64,000 bases of DNA from an uncultured virus (IMG/VR IMGVR_UViG_3300020048_000096) (lineage: Duplodnaviria > Heunggongvirae > Uroviricota > Caudoviricetes): IMG/VR virus record IMGVR_UViG_3300020048_000096, positions 1 to 64,000 of that record, one strand, 5' to 3'. The notes below the pieces were generated by a model that was not told the origin of the DNA, searched no databases, and was given only the letters and a program-made list of their open reading frames with translations. A program made the translations under genes and the position numbers. How positions within the stretch are numbered: position 1 is the stretch's first letter; every line of letters begins with the position of its first letter. Below are positions 15,785-25,692 of this stretch, piece by piece.

Positions 15785-18499
15785 ATGCAAGTATTTAATG
15801 CAATGCAACTGAAAGCTGGAGCTAAGGCTAAAGTGGAAAGAATGAAAAATTTAACCCAACCTTTACAATTCTTACCTTCTAAAAATAAAGATCAAGATTG
15901 GGGGGCGTGGAATATGGACTGGCTGGAGATGCAGGGCGTAAAGCAACTAAAAAGAAATGCCAGAAGGTTGCTTAAAAATTACAAGCTTGCCAATGGAATT
16001 ATAGATAAGACGGATTATCTGATGTCAGAAGATAATGAAAATACTGACCTTATAGAAAATCTTACTTCGCACGACGAAACTTCGTTACTTGAACTTAAAT
16101 TCTTTCCAATTGTTCCAAATATTGTAAACGTTCTTGTGGGAGAATTCTCCAAAAGAAATGATAAAGTTATGTACCGTTCGGTAGATGATATTTCTCACAA
16201 TGAAATGCTTGAAGAAAAGCGCTCTATGATTGAGCAAACTCTTGTTTCTCAAGCAGAGTATACAATGATGGAAACCGTTATGGGCATGGGTCTTGAAATG
16301 GAAAGCGAAGAAGCGCAACAGATGATGTCATTAGACAATATCAAATCACTTCCAAATATTGAACAATTCTTTCAAAAAGATTATAAATCATTGACAGAGC
16401 AATGGGCTACGCACCAGCATAATGTAGATGTGGAGCGCTTTGATATGAATGAATTAGAAATAACAGGATTCAGAGATAGCCTGGTTACAGATAGAGAGTT
16501 TTGGCATTTCCCTATGGGAGAAGATGATTATAACGTAGAGTTGTGGAATCCTTTATTAACTTTTTATCATAAATCACCCGATGTGCGTTATATTTCTCAA
16601 GGAAATTTTGTCGGTAAAATAGAGCTTAACACCATACCTGATGTTATTGACAAGTATGGTTATAAGATGACCAAGGAACAGATGGAATCTTTAGAGTCTT
16701 TACATCCTGTAAAGGCTATAAATTATTTAATGCCTGGGACTCAAAACGACGGTGGGTTCTATGATGCTACGCGTTCACACAAATGGAACACTGAAGGCGC
16801 TTCTCTTGGAATGCGTCAGTTAAATACCGCAACTGACATGGCTCTTTCTGGAGACGATATTATTACACAGATTTTAGGAGAGAGTGAAGATCTGATGAGT
16901 TTTGGAGACGCTAATTTATTGCGTTGTACTACAGCGTATTGGAAAACACAAAGAGCTTTTGGGCATTTGACAGCTGTTCATGAAGAAGGATTTGTGACAC
17001 AAATGATTGTAGATGAGACTTATAAAATTACTAAAAAGCCAATCTACGATACCACCTTGATTAAAGAAAAGTCTCACGAGAATTTAATAGACGGAGAGCA
17101 TATTGATTGGATTTGGATTAACGAAACCTGGGGCGGTGTAAAAATAGGAAGCAACACGCCGCGTTCTTATGCTACCGACTCTGATCCTGAAGGATTTGAT
17201 CCGATTTATTTAGATGTAAGGCCTTTGAAGTTTCAGTTTAAAGGAGATTATAGTTTATACGGCTGCAAGCTTCCTGTTGAAGGGGCTGTATTCTCTGACA
17301 GAAATAGTAAAAGTGTTGCCTTTATAGATGGTATCAAACCTTATCAGATTGGATTTAACATGGTGAATAACCAGATTGCTGATATCTTGATAGACGAAAT
17401 TGGTACAGTGGTACTGCTTGACCAAAATGCTATTCCAAAGCACTCAATGGGTGAAGATTGGGGCGCTGATAATTTGAACAAAGCATTTTTAGCGATGAAG
17501 GATTTTCAGATGCTGCCTTTAGATACTTCTATTTCAAACACGGAAAGCGCATTAGGCTTCTCACATTACCAAACATTGAACTTAGAGCAGACCAATAGAC
17601 TTCTTGGGCGTATCCAATTAGCAACTTATTTTAAACAGCAGGCCTATGAGTCGGCTGGATTAACGCCTCAAAGAATGGGCGCCGTAACCGCACAAGAAAC
17701 AGCAGCTGGCGTGCAACAAGCCGTCAACGCTTCTTACTCACAGACCGAAATGTATTTTACCCAACATAGTGAGCATCTTATGAAAAGAGTTCACCAGATG
17801 CGTACAGATTTGGCGCAATGGTATCATTCAAACAGCCCAAGTGTTAGGCTTCAGTATATGACGTCAATGGAAGAAAAAATAAACTTCCAGATAAATGGCA
17901 CGGAGTTATTACTTAAAGAACTAAATGTTTTTGTGACAACCAAGGTTAATCACAAAGCTATTATGGAACAAATCAGAGGATTGGCATTAAGTAATAATAC
18001 TTCAGGCGCAAGCATCTACGATTTAGGTAACTTAATCAAAGCGGATTCCATCGCTGAGATTTCTCACGTATTAAAATCTGTGGAAGAAAAGGTTCAGAAA
18101 ATGAAAGAGGCAGACAATGCTCATCAAATAGAATTACTTCAAACTACAGAAGCAGCAGAAACAGAGCGTCACAATGCAAAATTAATGTTTGATGCTGAGC
18201 AGAATGAACTTGATAGAGAAAATAATATAGATGTAGCCGAAGTGAAAGGAGCAGGTTTTCAAGTAGGAGATTTAAACAACAACGACCAATCTGATTACAT
18301 GGATTCGCTGAAGTATTTGGACGGGCAAAGAGCCAAGTCTGAAGACCAGGCTTTCCAACGCCAGAAGGAAGTTTCCAAAAATAACCTTGACAGTCAGAAG
18401 TTGGCTTTACAGCGGGATGAACTTTCTACCAGAAAAGATATCGCAAACAAGCAATTGGCTATAGCGAGAACAAACAAGAACAAGTATGATAAAAAATAA
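15785..18499 (+). CDS. portal protein
   Basis: 904 aa after TerL; acidic, with coiled-coil C-terminus; crAss-like synteny. Confidence 0.88.
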   Translation: MQVFNAMQLKAGAKAKVERMKNLTQPLQFLPSKNKDQDWGAWNMDWLEMQGVKQLKRNARRLLKNYKLANGIIDKTDYLMSEDNENTDLIENLTSHDETSLLELKFFPIVPNIVNVLVGEFSKRNDKVMYRSVDDISHNEMLEEKRSMIEQTLVSQAEYTMMETVMGMGLEMESEEAQQMMSLDNIKSLPNIEQFFQKDYKSLTEQWATHQHNVDVERFDMNELEITGFRDSLVTDREFWHFPMGEDDYNVELWNPLLTFYHKSPDVRYISQGNFVGKIELNTIPDVIDKYGYKMTKEQMESLESLHPVKAINYLMPGTQNDGGFYDATRSHKWNTEGASLGMRQLNTATDMALSGDDIITQILGESEDLMSFGDANLLRCTTAYWKTQRAFGHLTAVHEEGFVTQMIVDETYKITKKPIYDTTLIKEKSHENLIDGEHIDWIWINETWGGVKIGSNTPRSYATDSDPEGFDPIYLDVRPLKFQFKGDYSLYGCKLPVEGAVFSDRNSKSVAFIDGIKPYQIGFNMVNNQIADILIDEIGTVVLLDQNAIPKHSMGEDWGADNLNKAFLAMKDFQMLPLDTSISNTESALGFSHYQTLNLEQTNRLLGRIQLATYFKQQAYESAGLTPQRMGAVTAQETAAGVQQAVNASYSQTEMYFTQHSEHLMKRVHQMRTDLAQWYHSNSPSVRLQYMTSMEEKINFQINGTELLLKELNVFVTTKVNHKAIMEQIRGLALSNNTSGASIYDLGNLIKADSIAEISHVLKSVEEKVQKMKEADNAHQIELLQTTEAAETERHNAKLMFDAEQNELDRENNIDVAEVKGAGFQVGDLNNNDQSDYMDSLKYLDGQRAKSEDQAFQRQKEVSKNNLDSQKLALQRDELSTRKDIANKQLAIARTNKNKYDKK

Positions 18500-18529
18500 A
18501 TAATTTTACAAATGTCTTGAAATTAATGC

Positions 18530-18563
18530 AAGAGAGTTCCAAAAAAGAGCTCTCTTTCTTTTT
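18530..18563 (+). terminator. intrinsic terminator
   Basis: aagagagttc/gagctctctt plus T-run. Confidence 0.7.
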
Positions 18564-18700
18564 GCTTAAAACATCTGTTTTCAGGCTAGCTATATACTCC
18601 GTAAAATATTGGTTTTAGCATCTAAAATCATTATATAATTTAACCTTTTAAAGTTTGATTTTCTTACATTATTAATGTAGAAACAAACCAATAAAACAAC

Positions 18701-19966
18701 ATGTCAAAAACAGCAACAACAGCAGACAACTTTACAATGGATGACTTCGACGATTTTTTGCCGATTGATTCTGGAAGTGTAGTTACATCAGCAGAAGACA
18801 AGTCTGACGCTGATCTTTTTAAAAGAGATAAAAGCGTAGATATGTCTTTCATTAAAGACGGGCTCGTAGACGCCGATGATGAAGAGGATGATGAAAAATT
18901 AGATGATGAAGGAAATCCTGTTAAGAAAAAAATTGACAGCACTAAAGTGTTTGACGATTTAACCAATGAAGACCACCAGGAAGAGGATGATTACGAAGAT
19001 GATGAAGAGGATACATTAAAGAAAACATCCAAATCAGACGTATCGAAAGTCTTTAAAAAATTAATTGAAAAGGAAGTTTTTTCAGCATTCGATGATGATA
19101 AGCCCTTAGATGAGTATACTGCCAAAGATTGGGAAGAACTAATCGAGGTAAATATGAAAGAAAGGGAAGACGCTATTCGTAGAGAGACCCCGCAACAGTT
19201 CTTTGACGCTTTACCAAAAGAATTACAACATGCCGCAAGATATGTGGCAGAAGGAGGTACTGATATGAAGTCTTTATTCAAGGCTCTTTCTCATGTAGAG
19301 GAAGTAAGAAATTTAGATCCTAAAAGAGATGCTGCCGAGATTGCCAGAACTTATTTGAGCGCTAAGGGCATCTACGATTCCAACGAAGAATTGGAAAATC
19401 AAATTTCCGAATGGGAAGACTTAAATATTCTTGAAAAAAAAGCGCTTCAGTTCAAACCGAAGTTGGACAGAATGCAAGAAGAAGTCGTGGAGTCTCAAGT
19501 TAAAAAACAAGAAGAGTCTCGCGCAAGACAAGAAGAGATTGCTAAAAGCTATATGGAAAATGTGTACAATACTTTAAAGCCTGGTGAATTGAACGGCGTG
19601 AAGTTAGATAAAAAAACACAGCAGCATTTGTTTCAAGAATTAACGGGACACAATTACAGGTCTGAGATGACAGGCCGGCCAACCAATTTACTTGGGCACT
19701 TGTTGGAACAACATCAGTTTTCTGAGAATCCTAGATACGACTTAATAGTAGAGGCTACTTGGTTGCTTTCAGATCCAGAAGGATACAAAGCGGAACAAAA
19801 TAAAAAAGCAAAATCAGATGTCACAGCAGACACTGTTAGAAAAATAAAAACCGAAGAGGGCAGAAAATTGGCCAGTTCTAGAAGCGTGATTGATGAAGAT
19901 ACTAGTGCTCAACGTCAATCTGGAAAGAAGAGGCTGTCAAGACCTCAAAGCATTTTTAAAAGATAA
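18701..19966 (+). CDS. putative capsid scaffolding protein
   Basis: Very acidic N-terminus and helical body, between portal and MCP. Confidence 0.7.
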   Translation: MSKTATTADNFTMDDFDDFLPIDSGSVVTSAEDKSDADLFKRDKSVDMSFIKDGLVDADDEEDDEKLDDEGNPVKKKIDSTKVFDDLTNEDHQEEDDYEDDEEDTLKKTSKSDVSKVFKKLIEKEVFSAFDDDKPLDEYTAKDWEELIEVNMKEREDAIRRETPQQFFDALPKELQHAARYVAEGGTDMKSLFKALSHVEEVRNLDPKRDAAEIARTYLSAKGIYDSNEELENQISEWEDLNILEKKALQFKPKLDRMQEEVVESQVKKQEESRARQEEIAKSYMENVYNTLKPGELNGVKLDKKTQQHLFQELTGHNYRSEMTGRPTNLLGHLLEQHQFSENPRYDLIVEATWLLSDPEGYKAEQNKKAKSDVTADTVRKIKTEEGRKLASSRSVIDEDTSAQRQSGKKRLSRPQSIFKR

Positions 19967-19995
19967 ATAACTAAAATAAATTAAACCCCCAAAAG

Positions 19996-21612
19996 ATGAG
20001 TACACCGAGTTTGAATAACGGACTGTTTTTGAGAGATACCTCGTATAAGGTTTCGTCTCACGTTGATTCCTACCACTTAGTCAATATGCTAAAGTCCTCA
20101 GAGCCACAAGATTTAGGCCCTGTTGATTTATGGGCTATGGCGCAAAAAGTTGAAATGCCACTTTATCAAATGGCTAGTTTCGGCGGTAAGAACACACAAA
20201 TGATTGATAACCCAAGAGGTGAGTGGAAATGGCAAACTCCTATTGTTCAGGATTTACCTTACATCACAGAAGATGTTGAGCCAGGTACCCTGAAAATGGG
20301 CCAAGACGGAACAACCTTCAAAATCAAATCTAACAAGAAATTCGGTCACGGAGATATTGTTACTTATGACAAGTATAACGGAGCAGAGATGTACATCACT
20401 GCAGACGATATTTTACCTACTGGTGATGGATTTATCCACACTGTTCAGTTGGTAAACAATGAGAATTTGAAATTCTTAGACAAGAAATATTTGAAACCAG
20501 GAACCAAGCTTTTCAGAAAAGGTTCTGCCCGTGGAGAGTATGGAGAAAAATTCTCTGACATTGGTGAATTGTCAGCAGGTTACAGAGAGTTCTATAACTT
20601 CGTTGGTGGTGCTGAAGCGCACGTACATTATTCAGTTAGTTCTCGTGCAGAATTAATGTTGAAAGGTGGTATGAGTGCCAATGGTACAGTTCCTGTAACT
20701 GAAATCTGGAGATCATTTGATAAAAACTTAGACCCTTCGTTAACAAACTTAGATTCTATCGTTCAAAAGATGGGTAAAGAGTATGTGAAAAAAGCTTACG
20801 AAAGTGGCAAATTGACCAGAACATTCCTTACCAATCTTGAGGCAGCTCATTTAACCAAAATTGCAACTGACATCGAAACTTACTTAATGTGGGGACAAGG
20901 TGGTAGAATTAAGCAAGATGGTCCAGATGACATCAGATTGTCTGTCGGTTTATGGAAACAGTTAGATAACTCTTACAAGAGAATCTACAACAAAGGTTCT
21001 TTCACATTGGATTTATTCCGTTCTGAAATTTTTAACTTTTACAATGGTAAGGTTGAATTCAAAGGGCCAGACCCAAAACGTGAAATTATAGTTCAAACTG
21101 GTATGGCCGGTATGAAATTAGTAAACGCTGCAATTAAGAAAGAAGCGTATGATTCAGGATTGGTTCTTCACGCAAGTGATATGGGCGCAATCACTGGTAA
21201 AGGAATGGACTTAAACTTTGGTTTTGCGTTCACTTCTTACACGATTCCTTTCTTAGCGAACGTGAAATTTGTTTTGAATCCTGCTTTTGACAATGTTCAT
21301 ACAAATGATATTGAAAACCCAATCATTGATGGTTTCCCATTATCTTCTTACAACTTTATTGTGTTTGATATTACTGATGCCGGTCAAGATAACATTCAAT
21401 TATTGAAATTGAGCTGGGATAACCAATTAAAATGGTTCTACCAAAACGGTACAATGGATTACATGGGAAGAACTCAAGGGTTCTCTTCTTCAGGTAACTT
21501 TAATGGATACCGTGTATTTATGACACAAACAATGCCTGGTATATGGGTTAAAGATCCAACCAAAGTATTGAAAATCGTAATGAAGAATCCTATTACTGGA
21601 GGTAGTTTCTAA
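19996..21612 (+). CDS. major capsid protein (crAss-like)
   Basis: 538 aa; position, biased codon usage, YLMWG.GG and GIWVKDPTK motifs. Confidence 0.88.
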   Translation: MSTPSLNNGLFLRDTSYKVSSHVDSYHLVNMLKSSEPQDLGPVDLWAMAQKVEMPLYQMASFGGKNTQMIDNPRGEWKWQTPIVQDLPYITEDVEPGTLKMGQDGTTFKIKSNKKFGHGDIVTYDKYNGAEMYITADDILPTGDGFIHTVQLVNNENLKFLDKKYLKPGTKLFRKGSARGEYGEKFSDIGELSAGYREFYNFVGGAEAHVHYSVSSRAELMLKGGMSANGTVPVTEIWRSFDKNLDPSLTNLDSIVQKMGKEYVKKAYESGKLTRTFLTNLEAAHLTKIATDIETYLMWGQGGRIKQDGPDDIRLSVGLWKQLDNSYKRIYNKGSFTLDLFRSEIFNFYNGKVEFKGPDPKREIIVQTGMAGMKLVNAAIKKEAYDSGLVLHASDMGAITGKGMDLNFGFAFTSYTIPFLANVKFVLNPAFDNVHTNDIENPIIDGFPLSSYNFIVFDITDAGQDNIQLLKLSWDNQLKWFYQNGTMDYMGRTQGFSSSGNFNGYRVFMTQTMPGIWVKDPTKVLKIVMKNPITGGSF

Positions 21613-21622
21613 ACCTCCTTAA

Positions 21623-21672
21623 TTAAGCCCGGAGCCGCACAACCCCCTAGGTGCGGTTCCTCTCCGGGTTAA
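21623..21672 (+). terminator. GC-rich stem-loop after MCP (terminator or processing site)
   Basis: ttaagcccgga...gccgcac/gtgcggt...tccgggttaa; no U-run. Confidence 0.5.
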
Positions 21673-21731
21673 TGGGGGAACAAAACAAGCAGCAACAATA
21701 AAAAGAAATTGAACCAACAAAACATAACAAA

Positions 21732-22733
21732 ATGATTGAACAACACAATGCATTAAAGCAAGGGGCATCTGTAACGATACGGCCCTTTACTGACGGAACA
21801 GCCAATATGGGCTTGGAAAAATATGAAATGAGTTTATTCGATGGCGCTTTTCACGAAGAACAAATGGGATGTGTAGAGATGCACGGAATCAAACGGTATT
21901 TAAACGGTCTAAATGAATTTGCACCAGAGGTAAAAGAGTTGCCAGAAGAAGAGCGTGAGGCAAAGGTTAAAGAAATTAGAGCCATCGTTTCTCAATTAGA
22001 GAAAGAAATGGCATCAAATTTTGTAGATCCTGAAGATAAAGATTTTTGGAACAAGATAAAATTGCTTGCGCCAAATAACGATGAATTTTGGAGTAAGATC
22101 ATAATGAGATTAAGCAACCAGCCAGTCTTCTTAGAGCCCTCTACTGATTTGTATGACTTGATAAAACTAAGAGCTATTGAAGTTGGAGGTTTTTCGCTTA
22201 TTGCAAAAAGTTTAGAACACGCACGTTCTATGCCCGTAGCGCCAAAGTTTTATTTAGATAAATTCGAAGAAACAGCTTCAGTTAAAACAGAAGTTAAAAA
22301 GTTACGAAACAAAGCCTTATCAGAACTTCAAAAATTGTTCGATAAGAATCCTAACAAATTATTGTATGTGTGTAAAGTTATTGACGGAAACTCTTCTCAA
22401 TACAGAAAAAGTACACCGAATGACATTATGTATGATAACATGGATAAATTTATCAATGGTGAAACTGTTGAAAAAGACAAGCGTAAAACGGCTCAACGAT
22501 TCACAGAGATTGCAGCTCTTGACATGGAAACCTTAAAGTTAAGGTCTATGATTAAAGATGCTAGTTTCTATAAATTAATTTCACCTAGAGCTGACGGACA
22601 TATATATCACATGAAAAGTGGGTCTTTATTAGGTAAGAACCCTTCTGAGATACTTGAGTATTTAAAAAACCCTTTGAATGAGGATATCTTAACAGAATTA
22701 ACGAAGACTATTGAAAAATACTGGACCACATAA
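21732..22733 (+). CDS. conserved crAss-like protein downstream of MCP
   Basis: Synteny; C-terminal LG....E..EYLKNP.N. Confidence 0.7.
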   Translation: MIEQHNALKQGASVTIRPFTDGTANMGLEKYEMSLFDGAFHEEQMGCVEMHGIKRYLNGLNEFAPEVKELPEEEREAKVKEIRAIVSQLEKEMASNFVDPEDKDFWNKIKLLAPNNDEFWSKIIMRLSNQPVFLEPSTDLYDLIKLRAIEVGGFSLIAKSLEHARSMPVAPKFYLDKFEETASVKTEVKKLRNKALSELQKLFDKNPNKLLYVCKVIDGNSSQYRKSTPNDIMYDNMDKFINGETVEKDKRKTAQRFTEIAALDMETLKLRSMIKDASFYKLISPRADGHIYHMKSGSLLGKNPSEILEYLKNPLNEDILTELTKTIEKYWTT

Positions 22734-23440
22734 TGACTAACGACTTATTACATATTAAGTTAAAAAACAGGCTGAACAAGTTGGCCTCATCAGATTACGA
22801 TAATTTTGAGTCCTGGCAAATTGCGGAAGCATTTAATAAGGCTCAATTAGAGTGGGTGAGGCGACAGGTTCACGGAAATAATTTACATAAGGAGGGCAAC
22901 GAGTCTTCTAAAATGTCGATTGACGATTTGCAGATTTTACTTACAGAGGCTGTGCTAAAAGCACACGATTTAAGAGATGGTTTCTGGCAAACTAATAAAT
23001 TGCCTGGAGATTATTTATATGGAAAACGAATGAGTGCAAAGGCGATCAGTGATTGCTGTTTAGAAAGAGTTAGTATGGTATTTTATCCGGTAGAAAATAC
23101 AGATATAGATATTCTTGCCATTGATGAAAATCGCAAACCTTCTTTTGAATGGAGAGAGAGTTATTACACTTTACAAAACAATGTTGTCAGACTGTATACC
23201 AATGGTGAGTTTGATTTGACTTCCGTAAAAATGATGTATTACCGAAAACCAAAAGAAGTAAAATTTAAAGGAGACCTGGACTTAATTACAGGTGTTCCAC
23301 ATATTGCACATGTTGAGTGTGAATTTAAGGATGATATTACTGAAATTATATTAGATGAAGCTGCGGCCTTACTGGCTGGAGATATAGAATCTATGATGCA
23401 GGTGAATCGTTTGAAAACGAATGCTCAATCCAACGAGTAA
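22733..23440 (+). CDS. tail ring / head-tail adaptor protein
   Basis: FNKAQ, LP.DY, YYRKP and EIILDEA motifs; synteny. Confidence 0.7.
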   Translation: MTNDLLHIKLKNRLNKLASSDYDNFESWQIAEAFNKAQLEWVRRQVHGNNLHKEGNESSKMSIDDLQILLTEAVLKAHDLRDGFWQTNKLPGDYLYGKRMSAKAISDCCLERVSMVFYPVENTDIDILAIDENRKPSFEWRESYYTLQNNVVRLYTNGEFDLTSVKMMYYRKPKEVKFKGDLDLITGVPHIAHVECEFKDDITEIILDEAAALLAGDIESMMQVNRLKTNAQSNE

Positions 23441-23473
23441 TCTTTTATTATTAATTTATAAACCCCAATAATT

Positions 23474-24640
23474 ATGTATTTTCCACACGCTTATCAAAAA
23501 ATGTTAGTAGGAACCGGCGGGTTCTCTACCAAAAAAACACAAGACACTGTTGACTTAGTGGCTGGTGAAATCGGAATCATCGACAACAAGACGAATAAGA
23601 TTCTTGACATTGCTGCTACGCCAACATATAATGGTTCTCCATTAGTTTACTTGGCTCAAGGTTCTTTTAGAGCTTCTGACAAGTTAGGTCAATTTCATGG
23701 TGGATACCAAGAAACTGTAAAATCTAAAGGCATCAATCCTAAGTATGTAAGCAGATTTTTTGTTACCGAACCGGCTGCCGCTACAGCAAATAAAATTACT
23801 ATTGGTTATGACGCTCCGGCAACAGTAGCCTGTAACACTACTTTTCATTTAAGAGTAGAGGCAAAAGGCTCTCCTGTTCTGAGAACATTGACTCGCAATG
23901 CTTATTTTCATGCACCTGCTTTTACGGGTTGTTGCGCTGAAGGTGATGCTCCAGTATCAATTGAAACAGTTTACAGACAGTGGGCTCAAGAAATCAACTA
24001 CAACGTAATCATCAACAAGTTTATCTTGGCTGAGCTAGAGTATTTTGTTTTTGATGATGCTCCTGAAGTAGATGCTTTTGTATCTCAAGGTATTGTAGAA
24101 CCTACAGTATGGGCCGCAACTCCAGATGCTGAAAAATATGTAAAACTTAATTTATCTGCTGCTTATGTAGACACTAAATTTAGCGACTGCTCTTTCAGTA
24201 AAACAGATCATGTTGAAGTTGAGCCATTGCAAGTATATGCTTCTGCTGTAGATGAGTCTGGAAGTGCTTGTTCTGCTTATGCATTGGGAGCTGTAACTGA
24301 ATTGGTTGCTGGCAAACAAGGGAAAGGATACGGTGAAGTTTTGTTAAGAGACTTGATTTTATCTAAGAGTTATGCTCAAGAGTTTTTTCACGATGATAAC
24401 AATCGTTTAAGACAAGTTGAAGGAGACACTTCATTGACTGAGATTAATAGAAACGCTTCGTATTTCACATACAACATTTTACACAGTGTTCCTCGCGTAG
24501 GAAATCCAAGTGGTATGTTGGATTCTGATCAATACTTAGTTAAAATCGTAGTAAGCGCAAGAAGTACCGCTTTTGAAACTTGGATTAATGCTTTACTTGG
24601 CTCTTCAGGCAATGCCGCTAGATTAGAAGTTGTAATCTAA
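23474..24640 (+). CDS. structural protein, probable auxiliary capsid protein
   Basis: MCP-like codon bias, own terminator, crAss-like synteny. Confidence 0.6.
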   Translation: MYFPHAYQKMLVGTGGFSTKKTQDTVDLVAGEIGIIDNKTNKILDIAATPTYNGSPLVYLAQGSFRASDKLGQFHGGYQETVKSKGINPKYVSRFFVTEPAAATANKITIGYDAPATVACNTTFHLRVEAKGSPVLRTLTRNAYFHAPAFTGCCAEGDAPVSIETVYRQWAQEINYNVIINKFILAELEYFVFDDAPEVDAFVSQGIVEPTVWAATPDAEKYVKLNLSAAYVDTKFSDCSFSKTDHVEVEPLQVYASAVDESGSACSAYALGAVTELVAGKQGKGYGEVLLRDLILSKSYAQEFFHDDNNRLRQVEGDTSLTEINRNASYFTYNILHSVPRVGNPSGMLDSDQYLVKIVVSARSTAFETWINALLGSSGNAARLEVVI

Positions 24641-24668
24641 GCATACAAACAATTAGATGTTAAAGAAT

Positions 24669-24712
24669 AAAGGAGAGCAAGGGTATAACTCTTCTCTCCT
24701 TTTCTTTTTTTT
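24669..24712 (+). terminator. intrinsic terminator
   Basis: aaaggagag/ctctccttt plus long T-run. Confidence 0.8.
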
Positions 24713-24756
24713 ATCCATTGTTATTTCGTAAATTTTAATATAAAGCACTCTCACTT

Positions 24757-25314
24757 ATGGCAATAAAACATCACTTGTCGATTGACATTCCAGAAACAGC
24801 AAATAAATATACGCTTATTATTAAAGACGCGAGTATTTATGGCGTAAACCTACCAATAGAATGCAGGAGACTTGATATCTATGTGCCTGGATTTACCATA
24901 CCTGTTTACATTACAGAGCAGTCAGACGAGCCGTTCTTTAAGAATTTCAGCGCAAAAGACTTGGAATTACAACCATTAAACAATACAGATTTGTACCCAC
25001 TGCCTGATGGCGTATATAAAATTAAATATTCTACTGCTCCAAACGAGGTTGTATTTGTAGAGTATTATCATTTACGAGCTACTCAGTTGCTAGAAAAATA
25101 TTACAAAATGTTATGTAAAGTACAACTTGACAGCTATGAGCCAAATGCTTCTCAACATGAAAAATTACATGAACTTCGAGAAATCCGAATGTATATAGAA
25201 GCCGCTAAGGCAAAAACAGAATACTGTCATGCTCCTGAGAAAGGCATACAGCTTTTAACGGCCGCTAAAAAACTTTTAGAAAAGTTTGAAACGGGCTGTT
25301 ACTCAACTTGTTAA
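24757..25314 (+). CDS. putative tail hub / fibre-attachment protein
   Basis: LPDGVY.IKY motif, Cys-containing helical C-terminus; synteny. Confidence 0.55.
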   Translation: MAIKHHLSIDIPETANKYTLIIKDASIYGVNLPIECRRLDIYVPGFTIPVYITEQSDEPFFKNFSAKDLELQPLNNTDLYPLPDGVYKIKYSTAPNEVVFVEYYHLRATQLLEKYYKMLCKVQLDSYEPNASQHEKLHELREIRMYIEAAKAKTEYCHAPEKGIQLLTAAKKLLEKFETGCYSTC

Positions 25315-25332
25315 ATTTTTAAAACCAACACT

Positions 25333-25455
25333 GTGATTTGTCCCAACTGTAAATCAACTTTGTCCTGTTCTTGTCAAAAGCATATTGCTACAGACGGAAA
25401 GGAAGTTTGCGCTCGTTGTAGAGTGACCTACGAACAAATTTTACTTAAAAAATAA
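25333..25455 (+). CDS. 40-aa Cys-rich Zn-finger peptide (GTG start, not in ORF track)
   Basis: MICPNCKSTLSCSCQKHIATDGKEVCARCRVTYEQILLKK; fills the intergenic gap, preceded by an aaccaac leader. Confidence 0.7.
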   Translation: MICPNCKSTLSCSCQKHIATDGKEVCARCRVTYEQILLKK

Positions 25456-25460
25456 TAATT

Positions 25461-25691
25461 ATGGTAATTACTATCTCTGACAAGCTTGCCAGAACTTTTG
25501 GGAAGGCGGTGTATAGAAAGCATGTTGCTCGTCGATACGGTATTACAAAAGTGCCGGATATGGCTGTAGATGCAGATCTGACGTATGATCTTTTACAAAT
25601 CTACAAAAGAGAAAAAGAACTCGAAGACTGTGGATTGCCATCAGAGAACAATGACTACTATAAAATAACAGAACTTATAAAGACTTTATAA
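25461..25691 (+). CDS. small structural-region protein (possible hub subunit)
   Basis: 76 aa in the operon. Confidence 0.6.
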   Translation: MVITISDKLARTFGKAVYRKHVARRYGITKVPDMAVDADLTYDLLQIYKREKELEDCGLPSENNDYYKITELIKTL

Positions 25692-25692
25692 T

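Noticed and set aside
13524..21612. Introns or inteins in terL, portal or MCP
   Set aside because: The ORFs are continuous, of ordinary length, and show no intein terminal motifs.
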